DNA from: Bugula neritina
Lineage: Eukaryota > Animalia > Bryozoa
DNA: 64,000 nt
Direction: 5' to 3'
Assembly: GCA_964035545.1 (NCBI GenBank)
Contig: OZ037765.1
Span: 34,037,504-34,101,503 of the forward strand
Below are positions 62,741-64,000 of the stretch, piece after piece. The position numbers were made by a program, and so were the translations under genes. The notes beneath the pieces are model-generated. The model did no database searches, was not told the DNA's origin, and was given only the letters and a program-made list of their open reading frames with translations. The first letter of the stretch is position 1. Every line of letters starts with the position of its first letter.

Positions 62741-64000
62741 ATAATATTATAGTATTCTACAGCTGATCCAATGAACAGCAGGGAATGAGATAAATGGCCA
62801 TCACCATGGCAACAGGTAATTAAACCTATGATATATTCATTAGTCAATGTAATCAAAACAAGTTATTTATTACAACTATAGTAATGATTTATTTTATTAT
62901 CTTCTCTGGTAGAAGCAGCAAAGAGAACAGGAAATACTTGAGAACTCTCTGTTCTAAAATGTAATATTGCTTAAGAAAACTCCTATTTAGCTGAAATCAT
63001 ATCAGAGCTATGGCAAAGCAAATTTTCCACAAAAATATTACACTTCAGTTCCATCCTCTCTTCCTTCTATAACTACTAGAATTTGAATAATAAACATGAG
63101 ATCACAACTCCTAAACAAGTACTTCAGAATCTATATGAAGTATTTTACATTAATCTTCCACTCTTGTTAAACAGACTAACACAAAAAGCTTACAACAATT
63201 ATTTTAAGTTAATTTGTGAGCTTCAAGTTTGACATAGAAATTAAAATAAAATGTATTATATTTTCATTATTACAGATTGTAGTGCATTCATGAATTTATA
63301 ACATTGCTATAAATAAATTATGTTATTATTTTATATTATTATATTGTTATAAATTACACCATCAGCACAATTATCTGGCTAACAGAAACTCAAAGTTTAT
63401 AGTCACCATCCCTGATAAAAAAGATTTATGACTGAATGCTCTTCCTAACATCACCAATGGCCTTTACTGGGGTTCGAACCACTAATCTTGTTTTTACTAT
63501 TTAATAATGCAAAGTAACAAATTTCTGTCCATAAGCAACAGTCATTGTATCAACTTTCGCTCCCTCTATTATTACCAAATCTCTCTTGATAGCACCAGAA
63601 AAACCATTGCAGAATTGATATGAACCCAGAAGCCGGATTCATCCCATTGACCTCTACATGTTGCTAGACTATGCTGCATACAGAATCTATGCACACATAT
63701 ATATGGCAAGCTCAAGAATAGTATCTATGGAAACAGATAAATAATAGTTTGCCCCTAACCTTTCCATTTCCCTCAAGGTCATGCCGAGCCTCTCACTTTG
63801 AGCAAGTGAACCCTTGTGTGGCCACACTTGCCTTGCTCCATGTCCTCATACTCAGTGCGACAACAGAGAATAGCAACTGCAATGTAACATAGAATACTAG
63901 TTGACAGTTGAAAATATATAAATCAATATCTCTAACAAAGGAGGTAAGAATGGTTAGTCACTCTCAATACTCTCTATAACTTAGCTCTTAGAGTATTGAT

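Noticed and set aside
63465-63485. Isolated B-box-like GGTTCGAACC (also near 17160)
   Set aside because: No accompanying A box or cloverleaf could be built.

Overview
AT-rich, intron-rich animal (invertebrate) genomic DNA, not prokaryotic. Four spliced protein-coding genes were rebuilt by hand from GT-AG boundaries and reading phase. (1) A p160 nuclear-receptor coactivator (NCOA/SRC/taiman-like; partial bHLH, PAS-A, PAS-B, five LxxLL motifs) on the minus strand, with 16 coding exons from 43244 down to 491, continuing off the left edge. (2) A mitochondrial acyl carrier protein (NDUFAB1-like, +, 49123-50794), head-to-head with NCOA. (3) MLX (bHLH-Zip, +, 52333-54259). (4) A CG9801-type PP2C-like phosphatase (-, 62502-54930), convergent with MLX. 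The introns hold a 5.3-kb decayed Kolobok DNA transposon (TTAA target site, TIRs, KolX/P2X7-ballast-like pseudogene), two small TIR elements, a tRNA-like element and about 30 locus-specific mini/microsatellites. Most long ORFs in the supplied track are artefacts of these repeats. The most unusual observations are: minisatellites sitting on or next to splice sites of most exons (including a 2.4-kb AG-free array ending in a real acceptor and an array of ~13 duplicated donor sites); an in-frame TGA in the recognisable helix 1 of the NCOA bHLH; and a CpG-dense candidate internal promoter/first exon for a PAS-less NCOA isoform. All family assignments come from recognising motifs by eye, not from database searches.
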